The notes under the pieces are model-generated. The model was not told where the DNA came from and searched no databases. It was given only the letters and a program-made list of their open reading frames with translations. A DNA stretch of 53,304 bases from Bifidobacterium breve (GTDB lineage: Bacteria > Actinomycetota > Thermoleophilia > Solirubrobacterales > Solirubrobacteraceae). Below are positions 1-7,755 of the stretch, piece by piece (position 1 is the first letter of the stretch; each line of letters begins with the position of its first letter). The stretch spans positions 1 through 53,304 of the forward strand of contig CAMDLG010000001.1 of assembly GCA_945901565.1 (NCBI GenBank), in the 5' to 3' direction. A program made the translations under genes and the position numbers.

Positions 1-1
1 T

Positions 2-1048
2 CCCTTCAACTTCCCGACGATGGTGCCGATGTGGATGTTCCCGATCGCGCTGGCCTGTGGCAACTCGTTCATCCTCAAGCCGAGCGACCGCGATCCGTCG
101 GCCTCGCTGCTGCTCGCCGAGTTGCTCGCCGAGGCAGGGCTGCCCGACGGCGTCTTCAGCGTCGTCCAAGGCGACAAGGACGCCGTTAACGCGCTGCTCG
201 TCCACCCAGAGATCGATGCGATCTCGTTCGTCGGTTCGACGCCGATCGCGCGCCACATTTACGAAACGGCAACCGCTCACGGCAAGCGCGTGCAGGCGCT
301 CGGCGGCGCCAAGAACCACGCGCTGGTGTTGCCAGACGCCAACATCGATGTCGCCGCTGACGCAATCGCATCAGCCGCCTTCGGTAGCGCCGGGCAGCGC
401 TGCATGGCGATCTCGGCCGCGGTGAGCGTTGGCGACGAGACTGCCGCGGCGCTCAGCGCAGCGATCGCAGAGCGGGCCCGCGCGCTGAAGGTTGGCCCGG
501 GTAACGCCGCCGGCACCGAGATGGGGCCTGTGATTACACCGCAGGCGCGCGAGCGCGTTGCCTCTTACGTTGAGGCCGCCGCCGCTGATGGCGCCGAAGT
601 CGTCGTCGATGGCCGCGAACTGAGCGTCGATGGGGACGGCTTCTTCATCGGGCCGAGCGTGATCGACGCTGTGACGACCGAGATGAGCGTCTACCGCGAC
701 GAGGTCTTCGGACCGCTGCTGGTGATGTTGAAGGCCGATTCGTTCGACGCCGGGCTCGATCTGATCAACGCCAACCCTTACGGCAACGGCGCGGCGATCT
801 TCACCGCTGACGGCGGCGCGGCGCGCGAGTTCCGCAGCCGCGTGCAGGCGGGGATGGTCGGAGTCAACGTGCCGATCCCAGTGCCGATGGCTTACTTCTC
901 CTTCGGTGGCTGGAAGGGTTCACTCTTCGGCGACCTCCACGTGCACGGCCGCGAAGGAGTGCTCTTCTACACCCGAGGCAAGGTCGTTACGGAGCGCTGG
1001 CCGCAGCGCGCGCAAGGCGTCGATTACGGATTCCCAACGCAGTCCTAG
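2..1048 (+). CDS. mmsA: CoA-acylating methylmalonate-semialdehyde dehydrogenase-like aldehyde dehydrogenase, 5'-truncated by the window edge
   Basis: The frame is open from nt 2 ([28 protein letters not shown]...). It has the catalytic-Cys region [10 protein letters not shown] and the C-terminal [13 protein letters not shown] typical of the MmsA branch of ALDHs. Confidence 0.85.
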   Translation, partial: PFNFPTMVPMWMFPIALACGNSFILKPSDRDPSASLLLAELLAEAGLPDGVFSVVQGDKDAVNALLVHPEIDAISFVGSTPIARHIYETATAHGKRVQALGGAKNHALVLPDANIDVAADAIASAAFGSAGQRCMAISAAVSVGDETAAALSAAIAERARALKVGPGNAAGTEMGPVITPQARERVASYVEAAAADGAEVVVDGRELSVDGDGFFIGPSVIDAVTTEMSVYRDEVFGPLLVMLKADSFDAGLDLINANPYGNGAAIFTADGGAAREFRSRVQAGMVGVNVPIPVPMAYFSFGGWKGSLFGDLHVHGREGVLFYTRGKVVTERWPQRAQGVDYGFPTQS

Positions 1049-1056
1049 AGGTCCAG

Positions 1057-1926
1057 ATGTCAAAAGAAGATCCAGTTGTCATCACCTGCGCAATCTCTGG
1101 CGCGATCGCCAACCGCGAGCAGTGCCCAGCGATTCCCTATACGCCCGACGAGTACGGCGCCGAGGCGAAGCGGATCGTTGACGAAGGCGGCGTGATGATC
1201 CACATCCACGCCCGCACGCCGGAAGGCATCCCTTCCTACGAGATCGACGATTTTGCAGCGATAACCGAGGCGATCCGCTCCAGCGTTGACGACGTGATCA
1301 TCAACTACTCAACCGGCACGGTTGGCGTCTCAATCGAGAAGCGCGTTGCCTACCTAGAGGCGCTGAAGCCAGAAGTAGCTGCGCTCAACATGGGCTCGAT
1401 GAATTACGCGAAGTATTCAAAGTCGCGCAAAGAGTTCGTCTTCAAGACTGTCTTTGAGAACTCTTTCGACGAGATCATTGAACTCTTGACGGCGCTGAAC
1501 GCGAACGGCATCAAGCCCGAGCACGAGTGCTTCGACATCGGCCACGTCGGCAGCCTCCACCCGCTCGTCGACATGGGGTTGCTGAAGCAGCCACTGCACA
1601 TCGATTGCGTGATGGGCGTGCTTGGCGGAATTCCAGCCAGTAAGAACAACATGGCGGCGATGGTCGACAACATGCCCGATCAGAGCCACTGGGGTGTGGT
1701 TGGAATCTCACGCGACCAGTGGATGCTGATTGAAGCGGCGCTCGACCTCGGCGGCTCAATCCGCGTTGGACTTGAAGACAACCTCTACCTTCCAAGCGGC
1801 GAGATGGCGGACTCAAACGGCGAGCTGGTCGCAGTTGCGCGGCAGATGACCGAAGCCGCCGGCCGCCGCCCGGCGACGGTTGCCGAAGCCCGCGGCCTGC
1901 TTGGCATCCCGGCCCCCGGCGCCTAG
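1057..1926 (+). CDS. 3-keto-5-aminohexanoate cleavage enzyme family protein (BKACE/DUF849)
   Basis: 289 aa. The N-terminus VVITCAISGA...PYTPDEYGAEAKRIVDEGGVMIHIHAR and the length fit the BKACE TIM-barrel family. It starts 8 nt after the upstream stop. Confidence 0.75.
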   Translation: MSKEDPVVITCAISGAIANREQCPAIPYTPDEYGAEAKRIVDEGGVMIHIHARTPEGIPSYEIDDFAAITEAIRSSVDDVIINYSTGTVGVSIEKRVAYLEALKPEVAALNMGSMNYAKYSKSRKEFVFKTVFENSFDEIIELLTALNANGIKPEHECFDIGHVGSLHPLVDMGLLKQPLHIDCVMGVLGGIPASKNNMAAMVDNMPDQSHWGVVGISRDQWMLIEAALDLGGSIRVGLEDNLYLPSGEMADSNGELVAVARQMTEAAGRRPATVAEARGLLGIPAPGA

Positions 1927-1935
1927 GCTGAGTCG

Positions 1936-3162
1936 ATGGCGCTGCCGCTTGAAGATCTTCGAGTTCTAGACCTATCGAGGCTGCTGCCGGGCCCCTTCTG
2001 CTCGCTGCTGCTCGCCGACTGCGGCGCCGACGTCATCAAGGTTGAGGACACCGGGATGGGCGACTACGCGCGCTGGTCGCCGCCGTTCCACGAAGGCGTT
2101 GAGAAATCGGCCTCCGGGGCGCTTTTCCTCGCGCTAAACCGCAACAAGCGATCGATCCGCGTAAACCTGAAGAGCGACGAAGGCCGCGAGCTTCTGCTGA
2201 AACTTGCTGAAGAAGCTGACATCGTGCTCGAATCATTCCGCCCCGGCGTGCTCGACCGGCTTGGCGTCGGCTACGAAGCGCTTAAGGCAGTCAATCCTGG
2301 AGTTGTTTACTGCGCGATCAGCGGCTACGGCCAAGACGGTCCTTACGCCCAGCGCGCTGGCCATGACATTAACTACCTCGCCAACGCTGGCCTGCTTGGG
2401 CTAACCGGCGACGTTGGCGGCCCGCCGGTGCAGTCGGCGGCGCAGATCGCCGACATTGGCGCCGGCTCGCTGATGGCGGCCTTCGCGATCCTCGCCGCGA
2501 TTCGCGAGCGCGATCGCTCCGGCGAAGGGCAGTCGATCGACATCTCGATGACCGACGGGGCGCTGGCCTGGATGGTGATGCCATCGGCGGTGACGCTGGC
2601 AGGCGGTAAGCCGCCACGCCGCGGCGAAGGGGAGCTGGCCGGAGGGCTCGTCTGTTACCGCCCCTACGAGTGCAAGGACGGCTGGGTTTCGATGGGTGCG
2701 TTGGAGCCGAAGTTCTGGAAGCTTTGGTGCGAGGGGACCGGCCACGAGGAGCTAATCGAAAAACAGTTTGAGCGCCCCGGCAGCGAAGCGCACAAGGCCG
2801 TCGAGGCCGTCTTCATGGAGCGCACGCGCGCTGAGTGGGCCGACTTTGCTGCCGAGTACGACTGCTGCGTTGAACCACTGCTGGAGGTCGAAGAGGCGCT
2901 CGAATCGGAGCTCTTCAAGGCGCGCGGGATGGTCACCGGCCTTACTCAGCCGGGCGCGACCAATCCGGTCCGCGTCGTCGCAAGCCCGCTCGCCTTCTCG
3001 CGCACGCCCGTTGACAACGACCGTCTGCCGGCGCCGTCGCTCGGTGAGCACACGCACGAAGTTCTCGCCGCCGCCGGCTACAACGCTGAGCAGATCGCCG
3101 CGCTTGAAGCGAGTGGCGCGATCGGCGGCCTCAGTGACGCCAGCGGTTCGTTCCTTAGCTGA
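1936..3162 (+). CDS. Family III CoA-transferase (CaiB/BaiF/alpha-methylacyl-CoA racemase-like)
   Basis: 408 aa. LRVLDLSRLLPGPFCSLLLADCGADVIKVE at the N-terminus and GYGQDGPYAQRAGHDINY are typical of family III CoA transferases. Confidence 0.85.
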   Translation: MALPLEDLRVLDLSRLLPGPFCSLLLADCGADVIKVEDTGMGDYARWSPPFHEGVEKSASGALFLALNRNKRSIRVNLKSDEGRELLLKLAEEADIVLESFRPGVLDRLGVGYEALKAVNPGVVYCAISGYGQDGPYAQRAGHDINYLANAGLLGLTGDVGGPPVQSAAQIADIGAGSLMAAFAILAAIRERDRSGEGQSIDISMTDGALAWMVMPSAVTLAGGKPPRRGEGELAGGLVCYRPYECKDGWVSMGALEPKFWKLWCEGTGHEELIEKQFERPGSEAHKAVEAVFMERTRAEWADFAAEYDCCVEPLLEVEEALESELFKARGMVTGLTQPGATNPVRVVASPLAFSRTPVDNDRLPAPSLGEHTHEVLAAAGYNAEQIAALEASGAIGGLSDASGSFLS

Positions 3163-3168
3163 GCGCCT

Positions 3169-4023
3169 TTACCAGCGGGCGCTGTGGCTTTCCATCACGC
3201 CGAAGCCGCTCGCCAGTTTTGCTCCGCCCGGGAGCGTTCCGCTGAAGGTTCCAAAGGGTTGGCGGTACTCGCTGGCGAAGATCTTTAGGTCTTCGCTGTT
3301 GGCGCGCTCGGCCTCGGCGCTGAAGCTGAGCGATTCAGCGTGGCCGGGGAAGCTGACTGCGCTGAGGTCGGCGGCAAAGTCGGCCGGTGGCAGCTCACTG
3401 GCGGCGCCGTCAACCCACACGGTTCGCTCGCTGCTGACCGGCGCGTCGTGAACTCCGCTGACGATGTTCCAAGCCAGCGCGCTGCCGTCATCGCTGGTTC
3501 CCACCCCGGCGGCCCAGCTCCATGCAGTCTCGCGGGCGTGGTAGCCAGCAGTGGCGTCGACTAGGCCTGACGCTTCGATGCTCTGCGAACGGCCGCCGAT
3601 AGTCACCGTGCCACGGGCCGTCACCGGCAATTTGCGCGTCCAGATGTAAGAAGCGCCGTGGCGGCTCACTACTTCTACCGGCTCGCCATTAGCCGATAGT
3701 GCGACGTCGATCGTTGCCTTGCGGCTCTCGACGCTCAGTCGACCGTTGTCGACCGCCACGATCCGCGAGCTGAATGCCGTCTGGTCAACCAGCTCGCCGC
3801 TGGAGCGATCTAGCACCGCCCAGAAGGACTGCGGAATCCCTCCCACCCGGACCGTTGCCGCGCAGAGCATCAGTTGATCGCCGTAGATCCCAACGTAGGT
3901 CCAGCGCTTCAGCGGTCGCCGGTCATGGATCAAAGGCATCCGTGCGGGCGGCAGCACTAGACCGGCCGCTCGCACGCTGCCGTCACTGCGGACTGGGAGT
4001 TGGTTGAGATTCACCAAGTCCAC
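3169..4023 (-). CDS. DUF2804-family protein (start uncertain)
   Basis: KRWTYVGIYGDQLMLCAA...ARETAWSWAAGVG resembles DUF2804 proteins. The ORF-track N-terminus (to 4194) is Arg/Ala-rich antisense junk. A GTG at 4023 or an ATG at 3939 are the plausible starts. Confidence 0.6.
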   Translation of the reverse strand: MDLVNLNQLPVRSDGSVRAAGLVLPPARMPLIHDRRPLKRWTYVGIYGDQLMLCAATVRVGGIPQSFWAVLDRSSGELVDQTAFSSRIVAVDNGRLSVESRKATIDVALSANGEPVEVVSRHGASYIWTRKLPVTARGTVTIGGRSQSIEASGLVDATAGYHARETAWSWAAGVGTSDDGSALAWNIVSGVHDAPVSSERTVWVDGAASELPPADFAADLSAVSFPGHAESLSFSAEAERANSEDLKIFASEYRQPFGTFSGTLPGGAKLASGFGVMESHSARW

Positions 4024-4054
4024 GCTACCCGACCGGGTTATCCTTGCCGCCACC

Positions 4055-4888
4055 TTGCGAGTTGCCGCGATCCAGATGACAGCCACGCCCGACCTTGCGA
4101 CCAACATCGCGAAGGCCGACGGCCTCGTGCGCGAAGCGGCCACCGACCGCGCCAGCCTGGTGCTACTGCCGGAGTGGTGGGCGGCCGGCGGCACCGCCGC
4201 TCAGAAGCGCGCCGCCGCACAGAGCCTCGACGGCGACGCGATCGCTTGGGCCGCTGCAATCGCAGCCGAACTGAAGATCGATCTGATCGCAGGTTCCGTC
4301 ACGGAACTAATCGAAGGCGAGGAGAAGCTCCACAACACCAGCGTCCACCTCGGGCCGGATGGTCAGCGCAAAGCCGTCTACCGCAAGATTCACCTGTTCG
4401 ACAACGAGCTCGAAGGCGCGAGCTTCCGTGAGTCCGATCATCAACTTCCGGGGGATCAGATTGTTAGTAGCGAGGCTGCAGATGGGACACCGTTTGGACT
4501 GAGCATCTGTTACGACCTGCGCTTCCCAGAGCTTTACCGCCTTCAGGCCGTTGAGGGGGCAGAGCTGCTGATCGTCCCGGCCTGCTTCACGCGCAAGACA
4601 ACCGAAGCCCACTGGCAGACACTGCTGCGGGCGAGGGCGATCGAGAACCACTGCTTTGTCGTTGCCGCTAACCAGGTCGGCGAGATTGCGCCGGGGATGG
4701 ACTGCGGCGGCGACTCGATGATCCTTGACCCGTGGGGCACAGAGCTGTCAAAAGCAGATACAAAGAGCGAGATGATGATCGCCGCCGACCTAGATTTCAG
4801 CGAACTTAAGCGAATTCGCAGCGAGCTGCCGTCGCTTGCATCGCGCCAGCCGCACACCTACGGAAGTGTTCAGAAGGGCGGATCGTAG
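4055..4888 (+). CDS. Carbon-nitrogen hydrolase (nitrilase superfamily, Nit/omega-amidase-like)
   Basis: RVAAIQM...LVLLPEWW...ICYDLRFPELYR contains the Glu / Lys / Cys(ICYD) catalytic-triad contexts. A TTG at 4055 gives the canonical MRVAAIQ start. The alternative is the TTG at 4004 used by the ORF track. Confidence 0.8.
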   Translation: MRVAAIQMTATPDLATNIAKADGLVREAATDRASLVLLPEWWAAGGTAAQKRAAAQSLDGDAIAWAAAIAAELKIDLIAGSVTELIEGEEKLHNTSVHLGPDGQRKAVYRKIHLFDNELEGASFRESDHQLPGDQIVSSEAADGTPFGLSICYDLRFPELYRLQAVEGAELLIVPACFTRKTTEAHWQTLLRARAIENHCFVVAANQVGEIAPGMDCGGDSMILDPWGTELSKADTKSEMMIAADLDFSELKRIRSELPSLASRQPHTYGSVQKGGS

Positions 4889-5496
4889 TGGCGACCACTG
4901 ATTCGCAGCAGGCGACCGAGAAGCGCCGCCTGATTCTTGACGCAGCGGTGCGCGTATTTGCGCGCGAAGGATTCCACGGCTGCCGCGTAGCCGACATCGC
5001 CGATGAGGCCGGCGTCGCCTACGGGCTCGTTTACCACTACTTCCGCTCCAAGGATGAGATTCTCGACACGCTCTTCCTTGAGCGTTGGGGCTTGATGCTC
5101 GAGGAGATCGCACGGGTCGACGCCGAGCCAGCTCCTGTCCGCGAGAAGCTTGCTGCGATCGCCGGTTTCATCATCGACTCCTATCGCTACGACCCAGACC
5201 TAATGAAGGTGATCATCGTTGACGTTACGCGCGCCGCCAACTCGTTTGGCCGCAGCCACCTCGACGAGATCCGTGAGGCCTACGAGCTGATCGGGGGGAT
5301 TGTCGCTTCAGCGCAGAAGAGCGGCGAACTGCGCGGTGACATTACGCCGACATTTGCGGCGATGGCCTTCTATGGAGCCGTTGAGCAGGTTCTGAGTGGC
5401 TGGATCTTCGACATCCTTCCCGAGGCCGCTGACGATTACGACCAGGCGAAGGAGTTCATCGTCAGCACGATCTGCGACGGCTTAGAGCCGCGCTAA
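4888..5496 (+). CDS. TetR/AcrR-family transcriptional regulator
   Basis: The HTH region ILDAAVRVFAREGFHGCRVADIADEAGVAYGLVYHYFRSKDEIL is TetR-like. The GTG start overlaps the nitrilase stop by 1 nt (TAGTG). Confidence 0.85.
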   Translation: MATTDSQQATEKRRLILDAAVRVFAREGFHGCRVADIADEAGVAYGLVYHYFRSKDEILDTLFLERWGLMLEEIARVDAEPAPVREKLAAIAGFIIDSYRYDPDLMKVIIVDVTRAANSFGRSHLDEIREAYELIGGIVASAQKSGELRGDITPTFAAMAFYGAVEQVLSGWIFDILPEAADDYDQAKEFIVSTICDGLEPR

Positions 5497-5559
5497 CACC
5501 CACAGAAGTGGGACGACCGCTTGCGTTTTGAGTCGCCCGGTGCGCTACCGTCCAGCCCG

Positions 5560-5694
5560 ATGGACAATGAAATCATCAAGCGGCTCGCATGGATGGGCTT
5601 TGTCGCCGGGCTTGAAGCCCTAGCCAGCATCGCTGCGCTGCGTCTTGCAGCCTTCGTCTGGCAGCGCTTCCTTGACGAAGATCCACCGGCGTGA
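5560..5694 (+). CDS. 44-aa small membrane protein, DUF4235-like N-terminal half (below the ORF-track size cut-off)
   Basis: My own translation is MDNEIIKRLAWMGFVAGLEALASIAALRLAAFVWQRFLDEDPPA*. It has one hydrophobic helix followed by the W..F..EDxPP pattern seen in DUF4235. Its stop overlaps the next start (GTGA). Confidence 0.45.
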   Translation: MDNEIIKRLAWMGFVAGLEALASIAALRLAAFVWQRFLDEDPPA

Positions 5695-5930
5695 GCACCG
5701 ACCCAAACCAGCCACCGGTAATTCCTGGGCCTCGCCAGCCAGGCCAGCCTTCGGGTGCGCCGACCTACGCCGCTCCGGCCGCCGCGCCGCAGCAGGCTGC
5801 CGCGCCTGCCTACCAACAGCCGAACGCAGAGCGCTCGCTGACTGAGAAGCGACCAGAGATCTTGATCGGCGCAGCCGTAGCCGCAGGTTTCGTCGCCGCC
5901 CAGCTACTTGGCAGGATCAGGGGGCGCTAA
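5691..5930 (+). CDS. Small tail-anchored membrane protein with a Pro/Ala/Gln-rich N-terminal region
   Basis: 79 aa with a GTG start coupled to the previous ORF. The C-terminal TM is EILIGAAVAAGFVAAQLLGRIRGR. The next gene starts 3 nt after its stop. Confidence 0.5.
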   Translation: MSTDPNQPPVIPGPRQPGQPSGAPTYAAPAAAPQQAAAPAYQQPNAERSLTEKRPEILIGAAVAAGFVAAQLLGRIRGR

Positions 5931-5933
5931 GCG

Positions 5934-6398
5934 ATGAGCGATGCTCAGGGACCCAACGAAAGCGCCCTAGCCGCTGCGATCCAGCGAGTTACCGCTGACA
6001 CGCGTGGCCTAGTCCAAGACCAAGTAGACCTAGCGAAGGTTGAGCTGCAACAGAAGGCCGCTGTCTTCGGGCGCGGCACAGTGATCGCGGTCGCCGCCGG
6101 CGTATTCCTCGTCGGCGCGCTGCTGCTGATCATCGAAGGCGCCAGCTGGCTCGCTTGGTACTTGCTCTTCCCAGGGCAAACATTCTTCTGGGGCTTCTTC
6201 CTGGTCGCCTTCCTACTGATCGTCTGCGCGATAATCGCCGCCCTGGTCGCCGCCAAGTTGCTGAAGAAGGCGAAGGTGCCGATCCCTGATCAGGCGATCG
6301 CCGCGGTGCGCCAGACGCAGGCCACGATCAGCGAAGAGGCACACCTGATGGGTGAACAGGTGCGCGAAGCTGTCGTGCTCCCCGAGGAGGATCGCTGA
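5934..6398 (+). CDS. Holin-X-like (phage holin superfamily III / DUF1469-type) membrane protein
   Basis: 154 aa. An amphipathic LVQDQVDLAKVELQQKAAVFGRG segment is followed by two long TM helices, which matches the actinobacterial Holin-X architecture. Confidence 0.6.
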   Translation: MSDAQGPNESALAAAIQRVTADTRGLVQDQVDLAKVELQQKAAVFGRGTVIAVAAGVFLVGALLLIIEGASWLAWYLLFPGQTFFWGFFLVAFLLIVCAIIAALVAAKLLKKAKVPIPDQAIAAVRQTQATISEEAHLMGEQVREAVVLPEEDR

Positions 6399-6622
6399 TG
6401 GCCCCGCCACGCAGCCCTGACGAACTTCGCGCATCGATCGCGCAGCGCCAAACCGATCTTGCCCAGTCGCTAACTCAGCTGCGCGGCGAAGTCGTCGCCG
6501 TCGCTGATTGGCGCACGCAGGTAAATCGCCACCGGCCAAAGGTCCTAGCGACAGCAGCAGTAGCTGGCTTTGTGATCGGCGGCGGCATCGCCGCGCTGAT
6601 CGGCCGCAAGCGCCGCAACTAG
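6398..6622 (+). CDS. DUF3618-like small membrane protein
   Basis: 74 aa. RSPDELRASIAQRQTDLAQSLTQLRGEV is followed by a C-terminal TM (ATAAVAGFVIGGGIAALIGRKRR). The ATG overlaps the previous stop (ATGA-type junction at 6398). Confidence 0.6.
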   Translation: MAPPRSPDELRASIAQRQTDLAQSLTQLRGEVVAVADWRTQVNRHRPKVLATAAVAGFVIGGGIAALIGRKRRN

Positions 6623-7482
6623 GGGGCCAGCAGGTCGGGGTTGATCCCCGACACACCGAGCACGCCTGGCCCGGCGTGGGTACCGATAACAGGACCAATC
6701 TCGGTGCAGAGGAGTGGCTCGGTGCCAAAGATCTCACGGCCGCGCTCAATCATCTGCTCGGCTAGCTCGGGTACCTCGATGTATTGAACAATCCAAGCTG
6801 TGGCGCCGGCATCTTTGCGCTCTTCGAGTAGCTCGACCATCCGCTCGAAGGCGCGGCGATTAGTCCGCACGCGTTCCACTGGGGTGATCACCTCGTCGAA
6901 GCTGAGGATCGGCTTGATCTTCAGCGCGCTGCCAAGCCAGGCCTGCGCGGCGCCGATTCGGCCGCCGCGGCGCAGATATTCGAGCGTGTCGACCGAGAAC
7001 CAAATCTTCACGTCGTCTACCGCTTCAAGCGTGCGCGCCTTGACCGCTTCGACGTCGCGGCCACCTCGCGCTGCACTTGCAGCGGCGAGCACGATTGCGG
7101 CCAGTCCGCCGGCTGCGCTGCGCGAGTCAACCACTTCGATCACGCGCTGCGAGCCGTCGCCGGTCAGCTCCGCCGCTGCCTGACGAGCGCTGTCGCAGGT
7201 GCCGGAGATCCCCGCCCCAAGGTGGACCGAGACGATGTCGTACCCCTCAGCGATCAGTGGCTCATATACCGCCATGAAGTCGCCCGGGGAAGGCTGCGAG
7301 GTGGTCGGTAGGTCGCTGCGCGTGCGGAGGTCCTCATAGAAGGCGTGGAAGTTCGGCATGTCGGCCTCACGCGTCAGCGTTCCGTCGTCGTTGACGTAGA
7401 GGCTGACCTGATGAATGCCGTAATCGGCGATCATCTCGCGCGGCAAGTAGTGGGTCGAATCGGTTACAACGGCAACGGGCAC
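6619..7482 (-). CDS. DegV-family fatty-acid-binding protein
   Basis: 287 aa. VAVVTDSTHYLP at the N-terminus, TSQPSPGDF and the GPGVLG C-terminal region are DegV hallmarks. Confidence 0.85.
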   Translation of the reverse strand: MPVAVVTDSTHYLPREMIADYGIHQVSLYVNDDGTLTREADMPNFHAFYEDLRTRSDLPTTSQPSPGDFMAVYEPLIAEGYDIVSVHLGAGISGTCDSARQAAAELTGDGSQRVIEVVDSRSAAGGLAAIVLAAASAARGGRDVEAVKARTLEAVDDVKIWFSVDTLEYLRRGGRIGAAQAWLGSALKIKPILSFDEVITPVERVRTNRRAFERMVELLEERKDAGATAWIVQYIEVPELAEQMIERGREIFGTEPLLCTEIGPVIGTHAGPGVLGVSGINPDLLAP

Positions 7483-7518
7483 AAGGCGACCCTATTACAC
7501 CGGCGATACCCTCGACTT

Positions 7519-7755
7519 GTGGTCACGCTCTACAGATGCCCTACGCCGACAGACCGGCTCTGTGCCTGCGGCCGCGTGGCACGACAGCTTGAGGCTCAGG
7601 GGATCGAGAACGAGCAACTACGAGTGCCATGGCGCAAGCGCGATCGCCGCGAGGTAAAGCAGCTAAGCGGGCAGAACGTCGTACCGCTGTTGGTAACCGA
7701 AGAGGGCGAAGCGATCTGCGATTCACACAGGATCGTCGAATACTTAAGTCGCGCT
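7519..7755 (+). CDS. Small thioredoxin-fold protein (glutaredoxin-like / GST N-terminal-domain family); the 3' end is unresolved because there is no in-frame stop before 8493
   Basis: VVTLYRCPTPTDRLCACGRVARQLEAQGIENEQLRVPWRKRDRREVKQLSGQNVVPLLVTEEGEAICDSHRIVEYLSRA is a complete ~80-aa Grx-like domain. It has a GTG start 36 nt from the divergent DegV start. Downstream the frame continues as low-complexity sequence antisense to the MFS gene. Confidence 0.5.

Noticed and set aside
5493-5816. The 107-aa minus-strand ORF between the TetR gene and the small-protein cluster.
   Set aside because: It is Arg/Ser-rich with no motifs. It is displaced by two plus-strand ORFs that have membrane-helix features and translational coupling to the downstream genes.
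5934-6398. A phage holin-family protein as evidence of a prophage or lysis cassette.
   Set aside because: No endolysin, terminase, capsid, tail, integrase or att-like repeats are nearby. The Holin-X-like gene sits in a conserved-looking cluster of small membrane proteins, so the name reflects only distant family membership.
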